Source of the DNA: Strigamia acuminata
Taxonomy: Eukaryota
Length of the DNA: 64,000 nucleotides
Reading direction: 5' to 3'
Assembly: GCA_949358305.1 (NCBI GenBank)
Contig: OX442314.1
Coordinates: forward strand, 10,850,001-10,914,000
Both the position numbers and the translations under genes were made by a program. Below, in pieces: positions 10,802 through 22,203 of the stretch. The first letter of the stretch is position 1. Every line of letters starts with the position of its first letter. Below the pieces are notes generated by a model. The model saw nothing but the letters and a program-made list of their open reading frames with translations. It did no database searches and was not told the origin of the DNA.

Positions 10802-10909
10802 TTACCCGCGTGTCCTATTGGATATACTCGCCATTTTGCCACGTTTTACGAAAGCTGTGAGATTTTCTATTGCGCGCATTACGGTGCAAAGCCCAATAAG
10901 TCCTGCTGA
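10802..10909 (+). pseudogene. MPEG1-like P2-domain C-terminal fragment (further deleted)
   Basis: LPACPIGYTRHFATFYESCEIFYCAHYGAK. Confidence 0.6.
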
Positions 10910-11436
10910 AAAGTTGTCGGTAAAGTATTGCCGAAAAAGTAGCACGTGTTTGTTGTAAATCTATGTCTTTGATAGAATTTGGTGTACGAAACTGAATAAA
11001 TTAAAAATGTGATCGGGTAAAATGTGGTTTATTTTGTTTGCTTAGTCGGTTTGGTTTCATTTTACACTTGGGAGAGATCGTTGCCACCAATCGTCGCTAT
11101 CCTCACAATTGGCAAAAAATTCTTTATCGCGTTTTAAGCATTTAAAATTACCACTTTTGTGGGTAGAGAAATTGTTTTTTCAACTGTGTTTGCTTCCCTG
11201 TATGGTCCAAAACACCTAAAATGCCCTGTTATTTTATTCCCCTGTATTTTATTTCCAATTTTTTGTTAATTTGCTGGAATTAAGTTATTGGACACACATC
11301 ACTTTTATTAAATTTTACGTTACATTGGCCACAATAATTATTCAGTGTGGTAGCGAATTTCAAGAATTATTGCTTAAAAGTCTACAACGTTAAGTGTTGG
11401 TTGAAGCACAACTTGAAACTATTCAAATATACATTT

Positions 11437-13506
11437 TTACTCCACATAAGTTTCCATAAAATCTGTTATTTCTTCTTGACTATAACCGCAAGACATCAGC
11501 ATCGTATTGAGTAGATTTTGGTCAGAACTTTCTTGCATCAAGCAATAAAAAGGTAAGCATCTCATGCAATAACTGACGTCTTGTGAATTGACAAAACAAT
11601 AATTCACAAATCTTTCCATTACCATCTTATGACGGCACACGTCAGAGTGTGCCGACACACTGTAAGCGAGACAATAGCAAAATTCCTTGAACACAACCAT
11701 TCGATTGTCCGATAAAGTATTTATTCGAGTGACACAAATAAGTTCCAAGAAATCGCTATCTATCTTTCCAGCTTCACACGCATCGATAATTTCAGATATT
11801 TTGTAAAAACTAATCAGCACCGGTTTTTGAAGGTTTCCAACGCTGTTCCACAGTAATGCACTGGAGCACCATATATCGATCAAATTCGATTCCAGTGTTG
11901 GGCTGGTGAAGTGGTGAATGAGAACCGATTTCTTAAGCCTGCTCATTTCACTCGCATTCGAGAAACAAAAACTCAAACATCTATTAAGTTTCGTCCACTT
12001 GTTCGCACTAATTTCGTTGTAAAGCACCGATTTCTTACGCCTGCGGAATTCACTCGCTTTCGAGAAATAATAACTGAAAAATATTTCTGGGGTTTTCTTT
12101 CTCACAACTTCATCGACTAATCGATCAAATTTCGTCCTCTCGTACGCCTTAATTTCGTTGTGAAGCAACCTGCGACAGATCTCATTCGCTAAGTAGGAAC
12201 AATGCACTTTAAAAGTTCTCATTTCATTCTCAGTCGTGATGTATTTATTTGCAATCGACTCCAGGAAATCCCAATGGAAATCATAGGTTTTCTTAAAAAG
12301 CAAGTGAGCAACACACCTGCTCAAAATCATTCTTCTCTTTTTGATGTCCGTATCGTTAAGCAATAATAAATGGAAATTATCAAAATCTTGCATCTCGCAA
12401 AGCATGTAGTGCACGAACGAATATTTACGCTCGTAACGACAATTCCTCATTTCCTCGGGAGCATTTCTCCAAAAACAAATCAAACACTCCTTGACTCTGT
12501 CTCCTTTGGACCATGAACGAACAGACTTGCTCATCACGTCATAGAAGTCGTCAGCCGAGGCCATCAGGTTTAGAACGCGGCTCGACTTGGGCGTGAACGA
12601 GTCCGTGTGCATAAAATGTATCAGTACGGGCGCGACAGGTCTCAATCCGAATTCCGAAAACAAAATGGCTCTCATTTGATGCTCGTCCATCTCACCAAGT
12701 ACAAAGTTCATTATGCCCGTCTCGAACGTGCAGTAACAATCTTCGTCGTGTGGGTCATCGTAGAAGTGTGAAATCAAGTCTTCCAATTTACTTTCTTGCC
12801 GGATTAGCAGCTTGATGATCGCATTTCTTTCGTACGGTGTCATGAATGACCAGAAATACTCAACGCCACATTGGTTTCCTAGGTCTATGGAGAGGGGAAA
12901 CATTTTGACTTTCTTGTTGAAAGGGATCTTCGAAGAGTCGGTTTTAATCGTCATCCTTTTCCAATATTTGTACATAATCGTTTTTAAGTTTGAGTCCTTT
13001 TGTTTGTCGAACATTCTTTTAAAAATGTTGTCATATTCGTTCGAAATATCTTCAACGACGTCTGCGATGCAACATACGACGGCGAGGCAGAATCTGGATT
13101 CGAATGTCCATTCTTCTAACTCCGAAAGAACTCTTGCCGTTTTGGTCATGTCGAGTTGTCCATAAATTGACCACTTCGTGCAGGTGATAATAGTTTTCGC
13201 TAATTTTCCATCGAAAAAGCTTTGGCCAACAAAAACGTGTGTAAATACGAAATTAAAAACATCTCGCAACTGGCCGCCAACGTGCTTCACCAAACATTCC
13301 AACATTAATTTTAGACCGTTCGGAATATGAAACTCATCCACTAGTTTGGAAACTGCTTCCTCAGCTTCTGACCATCGCCTTCGACGACAGTCTGCACTGA
13401 TTTTCTTGCTACTAATTTGAATATTGAAATTATACTTCCATAGTAAAACCGAGATTTCTATTAAGGTGATGTGTTTTAAACTCGGCAAGTCCAAGATGGA
13501 CTTCAT
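11437..13506 (-). CDS. Tandem-family protein, copy 3 (type C, 689 aa, 39-aa in-frame deletion relative to 34853..37039)
   Basis: Intact ORF; reads SNLIDI|WCSS where its paralogs have DIFRFWLPE...WC. Confidence 0.85.
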   Translation of the reverse strand: MKSILDLPSLKHITLIEISVLLWKYNFNIQISSKKISADCRRRRWSEAEEAVSKLVDEFHIPNGLKLMLECLVKHVGGQLRDVFNFVFTHVFVGQSFFDGKLAKTIITCTKWSIYGQLDMTKTARVLSELEEWTFESRFCLAVVCCIADVVEDISNEYDNIFKRMFDKQKDSNLKTIMYKYWKRMTIKTDSSKIPFNKKVKMFPLSIDLGNQCGVEYFWSFMTPYERNAIIKLLIRQESKLEDLISHFYDDPHDEDCYCTFETGIMNFVLGEMDEHQMRAILFSEFGLRPVAPVLIHFMHTDSFTPKSSRVLNLMASADDFYDVMSKSVRSWSKGDRVKECLICFWRNAPEEMRNCRYERKYSFVHYMLCEMQDFDNFHLLLLNDTDIKKRRMILSRCVAHLLFKKTYDFHWDFLESIANKYITTENEMRTFKVHCSYLANEICRRLLHNEIKAYERTKFDRLVDEVVRKKTPEIFFSYYFSKASEFRRRKKSVLYNEISANKWTKLNRCLSFCFSNASEMSRLKKSVLIHHFTSPTLESNLIDIWCSSALLWNSVGNLQKPVLISFYKISEIIDACEAGKIDSDFLELICVTRINTLSDNRMVVFKEFCYCLAYSVSAHSDVCRHKMVMERFVNYCFVNSQDVSYCMRCLPFYCLMQESSDQNLLNTMLMSCGYSQEEITDFMETYVE

Positions 13507-14579
13507 GGTTTGAAATGTAAAAAAGAATGTGTTGTTGAATTGTAAAAATAATAATATTCATTATTACTTTACAATAATAGTCTTGCCTGCTTTAAACGTC
13601 ACAATTGTAAATTTAACATAACTCACTATCGCGCATATTCTTGCCACTCTATATAGCTAGGCGTGAGTGGTGCATCTGAACACTGCTTTTCCGTATATTT
13701 GTAATTGATAATAATAATTGAGCCTTTTGTCGTCATTTTTTGTATCAACTGATTAAAATCACCAACGACAACAGATGTAGAGAATTTAAAGTCTGTTTTT
13801 AATGCTCCTGGTGCTAACGCAAAAAATGAATAGAGAGCCACCAAAAACGATATTTCTGCACTAGTTTATGGGGGGAAAAAAGACTCAATATTACTTCTTA
13901 TGCTATGACATGCAATCTCGGCATGACATGCCAACTCTACGTGAAAAAATAAATAAAATCAAAATCTTTTTATATTTTTAAATAGTTAAAAATCCAGATT
14001 TTTAAAACTTTAAAATACGATATGCATTTTATTCATTTTTTCATGTAGTTGTAGAGGAATTTTTTTTTATTTTTCCAAATTCATTTGCAAATTTGCGGAT
14101 GATCCGTTTTAAAGACAAAAAATGAGTAAAGTCTTCGTTTTATGTATAAAAAGGCAAATAATCAATTGTGTTATATGTTCTAGCGCCCTGTTTGATCCGC
14201 TGCACGCCTAACCTTGTCAGTAAGTGAAAATATTCTCGGCTGTTTGTAAATATCTAACCTTAACTGTTTCATCTAGATACTAAAACTTTAAGAAGTTAAT
14301 TATTAGTTTCTGTGTGTGTGTGTGTCACATTTTGGCAATTAGATTGGCTTTTTCCAATCACTTGCTTGCGAAAACCAATCGAAACCTCTGGAAACCCCCT
14401 TATGCTGCAAGGGAAGCTTGACTGCCACGTACGAACAATATATCAGCTGGTATATTCTCTGCTTGATGTGTGTGGACCAACATGGCTGAACTTATTTGCA
14501 TAAGCGGACTTATTGAGTGTTTATCTAACCATTGCCAACAGAAGATGTATTTGGTCATTTTCTCGCACTGATTTTGAAT

Positions 14580-14664
14580 TATGAAGTTATATTTCCATAA
14601 AAAAAACTGAAGTTTTGAATAGTGAAATGTGTGTTCGACTTGGCAAGTCTAAAATGGTGCTCAT
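14580..14664 (-). pseudogene. Degenerate 5' stub of another paralog
   Basis: The minus strand reads MSTILDLPSRTHISLFKTSVFF and is preceded by the family upstream motif (ggcgtgag at ~14879). Confidence 0.6.
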
Positions 14665-15196
14665 GTTCTGGAATTCAAACAGAATTTGTTTTTAGTTATC
14701 AACAGATACATTCATTATTACCTCTCAATAATAATCTTGACTAGCGCATACTTTTAGCGCCCCTGTTGTACATTTAAAGTCAATTTAACTCACCTTGGGT
14801 TCAACGACTTGTGTTGTGTCCTCATCGACTAGGGTAGTACGTAAGATCGCGCAAATTCGTACAACTGCAGCCAGGCCAGGCGTGAGCAATGCACTGTCTA
14901 ATACTTCATTCCATTCCACTTTTGTACTTGTACAGTACTTGCATGTACAGTAGTACATGACGATGATAACTTATAACCACATTCTTTGTTAATTTGCTGG
15001 AATTAAGAACAATGGGACATGCTTCATTCATTAAATTATATGTTTATTATCCACACATTAGTGAATGTGTTTCACTTCAATTTAAAAAATTATAATAAAA
15101 ATTCCACAAACTTTCGGCTTCAGAAACGAGAAGCAAACCGGTAAATTTAGTTGAAGCTTAGTTGAAACACAGTTTGAACCTACACAAACATATATT

Positions 15197-15551
15197 TTAA
15201 TCCAGACGAGTATCCATTATATCCGTCATCTCTTCCCGACTATAACCGCTCGACGTCAACATCGTCTGGAGCAGATCTGGCACAACACAGTCCAGCATCA
15301 AACAACAGAACGGGAAGCACCTGATGCAATAACTCACAACATGAGAACTTGTAAAAGAAAAATTCATAAACTTTTCCATTATCGACTTATCACGGCACGT
15401 GAAATAGTCGGCAAACACTCTGTGAGCGAGCAAAATTCATTAAACACGACCATTTCATTGTCGAGTGAAATATTCCTTCGAGTTATATGTTCCAAAAAAT
15501 CTCTATCCAGCTTGCCAGCTTCGCTATTGCTAGTATCGATAATTTCAGACA
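15197..15551 (-). pseudogene. 3' fragment of divergent type D paralog
   Basis: LAHRVFADYFTCRDKSIMEKFMNFSF...MDTRLD closely matches 62874..63275. Confidence 0.75.
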
Positions 15552-15897
15552 ATTTGATCCTGCAGTGATATTTGACGGCTCGGTGAACTTTCCAGTGAGG
15601 AGATCATGTGATAAACATTTCAAATCTCACACTTTGGGAGGATTTTATCAGAATTGTGTTGTTGACGAGAGACTTATGCGCCGATTACAAATTCCCAAAC
15701 ATTCTAACCGGCAATGCCACTTGCCCCGTAGGACACGACGACGTTATGATATTTAAGAAAACTGTCAACTACACGTGTCCAAGCACTTTCGAGAACGCGC
15801 AACCAATGCCTGGCCGTCATCGAGACGCATTGGTGCAGCACGACCGAAGTCGTAACCAACGTGGCTTACCGTTTCAGCGGAATGTACAGCACGTACG
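15552..15897 (+). pseudogene. MPEG1/perforin-2-like remnant, 5' part of the P2 region (interrupted by BEL/Pao)
   Basis: Across two frameshifts it reads SCDKHFKSHTLGGFYQNC / DLCADYKFPNILTGNATCPVGH / ETHWCSTTEVVTNVAYRFSGMYSTY. This matches the MPEG1 P2 pattern FGGVYQEC..LC..NPLTG..SCP.GY..FWC..FGGLFS (recalled from memory). Confidence 0.75.
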
Positions 15898-18800
15898 TGT
15901 GGAAACTGAAGTTCCTGAAGAAGCCACCGTTTAGGGGGGAATTGGAGGTGGCGCCATGTTTGGCCACCAGAGGGTCACTTCGATGACCCACTCTGTATTG
16001 GGGTATTTGATTATTAATTTAAGGGTAGGGAATAACATTACTTGTTTCCTGCTTTGTATAAAATAAACCACTGTTCAAATGTAAATTCGTGTATACGCAT
16101 GCTTCATTTTGTCATCCACCAAAATCAGCCCAATTTAGGAAACATCGAAGAATCTAAGTAACTTTTATTTGTTCAACATAACTATTCGAGTTGCATCTGC
16201 AACATTGGTGCCGAAAACCCAAGACCTTTTAAAAGAAAAAACCAAGGAAAATCGATCGCAATGGCAGATTTGGAGAAAAACCGAAGACAAAGAGAAGCCG
16301 CGAGGACTAACGTTCGAAACATATTCAGCACATTGAAAAATGAATTGAAACAAGATCCGGTAAATGAAGTAAAGCTTTTGTGCATACAAGCACAGTTACT
16401 TTTAAAGGGACCAAAGATCGAAAAACTGGACGTTCTGGTGGCCGACGAAATTACCGACATTGACGAGGTCACGGACGATACGATTGGAGCCGAGGAGTTC
16501 CAAGACGAATTGGTAGCAGCAAAAATCACGCTGGAAATGGCGTTGAAGGAAATCGCCCAACTGAAAACGCAAGTACTGAATCCAAACTTACCACTTATTA
16601 ATCTCGTTATCGTTAATACGCCGATCGGAGGCCAGCAATGCACAAGCATGAAATTACCGAAGCTGGAGATTGCCAAATTTAAGGGAACACCCGAAACGTG
16701 GACTCAGTTCTGGGGGGACTTCCAGTTGAGCGTGCATAATAACACTTCGCTTCCCAAAACGGCAAAGTTCGTGTATTTACGTTCGTTGGTGGAAGGACTG
16801 GCCGCCAATGCAATAAGTGGACTCACGGTAACGGATGAGAATTACGACAGCGCGGTCGTTTTGTTGGCAAGTAGATTTGGTAAACCGGACTTGATTATAA
16901 ATGCACACATGCAAAAATTCCTTGAGGTGAAGCCCGTGAAAAATGCAGATGATGTTGTTGCACTTCGAGAACTTTATGATTATTGCGACCTTCACATAAC
17001 AAGTTTAGGGAATTTGGGAGTGGATGCATCAACGTTTGGGGCACTTTTGGGCCCAATCTTAACTCGTGCGACGCCCAATTCGATGCAACACGACTTTTCC
17101 AGATCTAGAGGCGATTTACCATGGACAATGACAGATTTTCTGAAGTTTTTTTGATTCGAAATTGAGATGCGCGAGAGGACAAAGGCGATGAGTGAGAAAA
17201 ACAACTTGATCGAGAAGAAAGAAGCAACTACGAAAAAACAAGAGGAGGTAACTAAGAAAATGAATACGAAAATTAATCCACTTGGTTCCGCCGCAGCGTT
17301 GGCAGCAATTACGTACAAATGCACGTTCTGCCAAAAAGAAGAGCATACGAGTCCAGACTGTCCACTGACTCTGGCCGAATGGAAAGCTGCGTGCATGAAG
17401 TCCCGAAGGTGTTATCGTTGTCTCAAGGAGGGACACATCGCGTACAAGTGCAAAACCCGATTTCGATGCAAGAAATGTGACAAAAATCACCACACTTACC
17501 TGTGTGACGCCGAAGAAAAGAAACCAACTGAGACGCTGACCTCATCCGCCGTTTTGGAACAAGAACAGCCGGTATCCGTATTATTTTTACAAGTACTAGT
17601 TGTAGATGCGTGCGGACAATCGAGAAAACGTAAAGTTCAGTGTTTTTTGGATGGCGGATCGCAAAAGACATTTATTACGGAGAAATTGTCTCGAGAACTT
17701 AACTTGGAACGAGTTGGTGAACAAGATATTGCATTGTTAACTTTTGGAGCAACCGAACCAACAATTGCGAAGAGGAATCGAGTGAAATTGTTAATAAATA
17801 ATTGCGATAACATTGCCTTTAATTTAGAAGTCAAAGCACTAGAAACTCCGTGGATCACGCCAGCGTTGAAGGGACAGACTGACCAGAGAATACTGAGCGA
17901 ACTGAAGAAACATAACATCAAATTAGCAAGCAACGGAAATGTTCAAATGGACGATGGAGTTTCAATTTTGATCGGGGTGGACAATTTTTGGAAAGTAACC
18001 ACCGAAAAACAACACCGACTTGGAGAAAATTTAATGGCAATTGAAACGATTTTCGGCTGGACGTTGCACGGCTCATCTGGGGAGAATAAAGAAACAGTTT
18101 CGGCGCTCGTACGGGTAAATATAATCCTTGCAATATACAATACTAATGACCTTTTGGAGAAATTTTAGAGTTTGGAGGCAATCGGGATTAAACACGAGAC
18201 CGTGGATCGGAACGAGGACGAGGAACAAACGTTAAGGCGATTCAAAGAAAGCATCGAGTGGGTAAAAGACCACTACGAGGTCGAACTGCCGTGGAAATTG
18301 AACGCAAAAGAACTGGACGACAACCGACAACCAGCACTGAAAAGATTTTGGAGTTTGATCAACCGATTTAGAAAAAATCCAAAGCTGTATTTGCAATACA
18401 AAGAAGTGATCACGGAGCAACTTAGAACTGGAATCGTCGAGGAAGTACCACAAGAAAACGAAGAAAATAATTCAATTTATTATATTCCACACAGACCCGT
18501 GATCGACGAGACAAGAGCAACGACCAAACTCAGAATTGTGTACGACGCATCATCACACGCGAAAGGATGCTTCTCGTTGAACGACTGTTTATACAAGGGA
18601 CCGAACTTATTGCCAAAATTACTAAACGTGATTCTCAAATTTAGAACAGGAATCATCGCAGCCATCGCGGATATTGAAAAAGCCTTCCATCGCATCCATC
18701 TGAAGAAAAAGGAACGCGACGTCATGAGATTTCTTTGGCTCGAGGAAAACTGGAATGGAGCTGAACCGGCGAAAATAAGAAAACTCAGACAAACCCGAGT

Positions 18801-21780
18801 ACCGTTCGGCACATCTCCCAGCCCTTTTCTCCTCTCGGCCACCATCGATCATCATGTTGAGGACTTTAAGGAAGAATATCCAGAAACGTGCAAGCGATTG
18901 GAGGACGATCGGTATGTAGACGACCTCGTTTCAAGTATAAACAAGTTAAAAACCGCTATAAAACTGTACCGTGAAAGTTGTGAAATTCTGAGAAAAGCGG
19001 ATATGAGACTAACTAAGTGGAAGACTAATTGTGAACAACTGAGAAAAATAATTGTAACTGATGACCCGACTTGTGAAGAATCTCTCTCTCAACAAGAGAC
19101 TAAAGTTTTGGGGGTGGGGTGGAACACAAGAACAGATGAATTAAGTTTAGATATTACCGAATTAATTAATGGGGTTGAATTAACGAAATACACAAAACGA
19201 TCAATTATTCGAACGACAGCTATGATTTTCGACCCATTGGGATTTGCTCATCCCTTTGTGGTCACGGCTAAGATTTTATTCCAAGAATTATGGAAACTTG
19301 GGGTTGGATGGGACGAGAAAATCCCAGAATATGTGAAAAAAACTTGAGAAGAATGGTGTGCTCAAATACCATATCTAAATGATTTAAAAATTCCACGATA
19401 TTTATTAAACTGGGGAGGAATTAATGTAAAAAGGGAAATTCACATCTTCTGCGACGCCAGTCCTCGGGCATACGGCGTGGTAGCTTATGCTCGAGTCCTG
19501 GACTCGAATACAAGTGCAATTAACATTTCCTTTATCGTTTCTAAATGTAGAGTAGCACCGCTTAAGGAACTAACCCTTCCTAAGTTAGAACTGATGAGAG
19601 CATTGCTGGCAGCCCGACTTATGCCGACGCTGCAGTCGACAATCGGATGCAACAGTGTGACAATTTGGACTGACTCGAAAATAGTGCTACATTGGTTGCG
19701 AGAAACGAAGAATCGTCCAGTCACATTTGTCTTCAATCGCGTAAAAGAGATTGGGGAAACAGTAAACACCAGCTGTTGGCGCCACTGCCCGGGCAAGGAG
19801 AATCCGGCAGACCTACTAACACGGGGCGTAACGGTACAAGAACTAACCAACAGTGAATTTTGGTAGAAAGGACCAGAGTGGTTGAGTAAGGACGAATCCG
19901 AGTGGCCAGTTGAGAGCGATATTGCAGTGGAAATAGACAAAAACGAAGAAATAATTGTGAATACTGTAAACGAGAAAGTCCAAGTGATTGACTACACGAG
20001 ATTTAGTCGGTAGACGAGACTGAAAAGAGCAACAGCATGGGTATTGCGATTTATTGCAAACTTAAAAACTAATGATAAATTTAAAGGCGAGCTGACTGGA
20101 AACAAGATAACTAAAGGCGAGCAGTACTGGATTTGACATCTACAAGAATTGTATTTTGCCAAAGAACTAAAACACCTACGTGAGGGGAAAATGATTGAAA
20201 AATCATCGGTACTTATACAAATGGCGCCAATCCTGGACGAAGACGGACTAATGCGAGCTACACATCGATGGACACTGGCGGACGTCGAACGAGATATGCG
20301 TGAGCCCTACATATTACCAGGTGATAACAACATTACGAGATTAATTATTAAGAACGAACATGAGCGTGCCATGCATGGGGGGCTTGCCGACACACTGTGT
20401 AATTTTCGAGAGAGGTTTTGGATGACGCGAGCCAGAAAAACGATAAAGGCGGTACTGTGTCGATGCGTGCGTTGCCGGAAAATACAAGGACGTCTGGCCA
20501 AGGAGCGATGGGGACTACTGCCACTCGACCGAGTAACACCAAGTGCGCCATTCGAAACGTGTGGTGTAGATTTTGCGGGCCCACTTTACTCCGACTGCGG
20601 TGAGAAACTTTATATTGCTTTGTTTACCTGCGCGGTCACGAGGGCCGTGCATCTCGAATTGTTGTCAAGTTTATCTGCCGATCGTTTTGTGGATGCTCTC
20701 AAAAGATTTATTGGGAGATGTGGAATCCCTGCTACGATTTATTCGGATAATTCAAAAACTTTCAAGAGGGCGGATAAGGAATTGCGAGTGTTTTTTGAGA
20801 ATGTATTGCCAGAACAGCTTCAACGATTTTTAGGCCCAAGAAAAATAGTTTGGAAATTTATTGTAGAGATTGCGCCGTGGTGGGGTGGCTTTTGGGAGCG
20901 CATGGTGCGTTCCGTTAAGGCGGCATTAAAAAAGACAATCGGACGCACTTCATTAAACTACGAGGGACTGACAACTGTACTGATCGAGGTGGAAGCAGTA
21001 ATTAATTTGAGGCCGCTCACTTACGTCTACGACGACCCCACAGAACAACCACCCTTGACGCCAGCCCATTTTCTCGTGGGAAAACGCCTAATCACTTTAC
21101 CTAATGTCCCTAGCACTGTAGATCGGCCGGAGACACAAACCCAGATTTTGCGAATTTGGAAACAACGCCAGACGATTATTGCCCATTTTTGGAAGAGGTG
21201 GACACATGAGTACCTCGTCGAGTTACGACAGCAAAGAGGAAATTCGAGCAACGCAAAGTTCCGAGTCGGCGACCTGGCTTTAATCGAGAACCAGAACCAG
21301 CCAAGACTCACTTGGAAAATCGGAAGAATAACCGACGTGAAAGTCGGTCGCGACGGGCTAATTAGATTTTGTGAATTGCAGCTTCCCAACCGAACAAGAC
21401 TTCGCCGACCGATTCAACGACTATGTCCCCTCGAGATCGAAAACGAGTTGGAACGTCCCCGGGAGGGGGGGACTGTGGAAACTGAAGTTCCTGAAGAAGC
21501 CACCGTTTAGGGGGGAATTGGAGGTGGCGCCATGTTTGGCCACCAGAGGGTCACTTCGGTGACCCACTCTGTATTGGGGTATTTGATTATTAATTGAATG
21601 GTAGGGAATAACATTACTTGTTTCCCGCTTTGTATAAAATAAACCACTGTTCAAATGTAAATCCGTGTATACGCATGCTTCATTTTGTCATCCACCAAAA
21701 TCAGCCCAATTTAGGAAACATCGAAAAATCTAAGTAACTTTTATTTGTTCAACATAACTATTCGAGTTGCATCTGCAACA
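15898..21780 (+). mobile_element. BEL/Pao LTR retrotransposon, full length, inactivated (copy 1)
   Basis: 307-bp LTRs at 15898..16204 and 21474..21780 (TG...CA, ~6 mismatches); 5-bp TSD GTACG; PBS TGGTGCCGAAA (tRNA-Phe-like); PPT GGGAGGGGGGG. Confidence 0.97.
16261..21510 (+). pseudogene. BEL/Pao gag-pol (DUF1759-like gag, Cys-His knuckles, protease LDGGS, RT YVDD, RNase H FCDAS, integrase) with 6 in-frame stops
   Basis: All ORF pieces lie in one frame, with stops at 17152, 18166, 19345, 19864, 20011 and 20134. The ORF ends inside the 3' LTR. Confidence 0.93.
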
Positions 21781-21785
21781 GTACG

Positions 21786-22068
21786 TGACCAATTTCCTTA
21801 CCGGAAGCCGCAATTGTCCGCCCTACTTTCACCCGCTGCCCATCTCGGGCATCCAGATTTGCACGAGTTACCAGTACACCGATATCCATTTGGGAGGGTT
21901 TATAGTTATTTGTACGAGTGAAAATCTTGTGCATTTACCCGCGTGTCCTATTGGGTATACTCGTTATTTTGCCTCGTTTTACGAAAATTGTGAGATTTTC
22001 TATTGCGCGCATTACGGCGCAAAGGCCAATAAGATAGAGTTGCAATTGCTCAAGCCGCCAACTTTTAT
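21786..22068 (+). pseudogene. MPEG1/perforin-2-like remnant, 3' part of the P2 region
   Basis: VTNFLTGSRNCPPYFHPLPISGIQICTS...LGGFIVICT...CPIGYTRYFASFYENCEIFYC...KPPTF is in frame with the segment before 15897 once the BEL element and one TSD are removed. Confidence 0.75.
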
Positions 22069-22203
22069 GGGCCATGTATTAAAAAATAAAAAAAAAAAGG
22101 TCGCTAAAAAAAAAAAAAGAAGAAAGATCGCGAAAAAATTTTGAGAAAGGGGCCCCGAAAAAACCTCAAGCCCCGGGCCCCCGGAAAGCTAGATCCGCCC
22201 CTG
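22069..22203. mobile_element. Truncated end of a non-autonomous DNA element (CAGGGGCGGATC-type terminus)
   Basis: An A-rich tract and GC-rich GGGCCCC palindromes end in GATCCGCCCCTG; it replaces the MPEG1-like stop region. Duplicate at 45602..45736. Confidence 0.5.

Noticed and set aside
13845..14580. AT-rich block with a (TG)n microsatellite and a 63-aa ORF
   Set aside because: I could not identify termini, a TSD or protein similarity; left unannotated.
16261..21510. Alternative genetic code or programmed readthrough explaining the in-frame stops
   Set aside because: Both TAG and TGA occur, TGG is used normally elsewhere, and one stop differs between the two copies; mutation is the simpler explanation.
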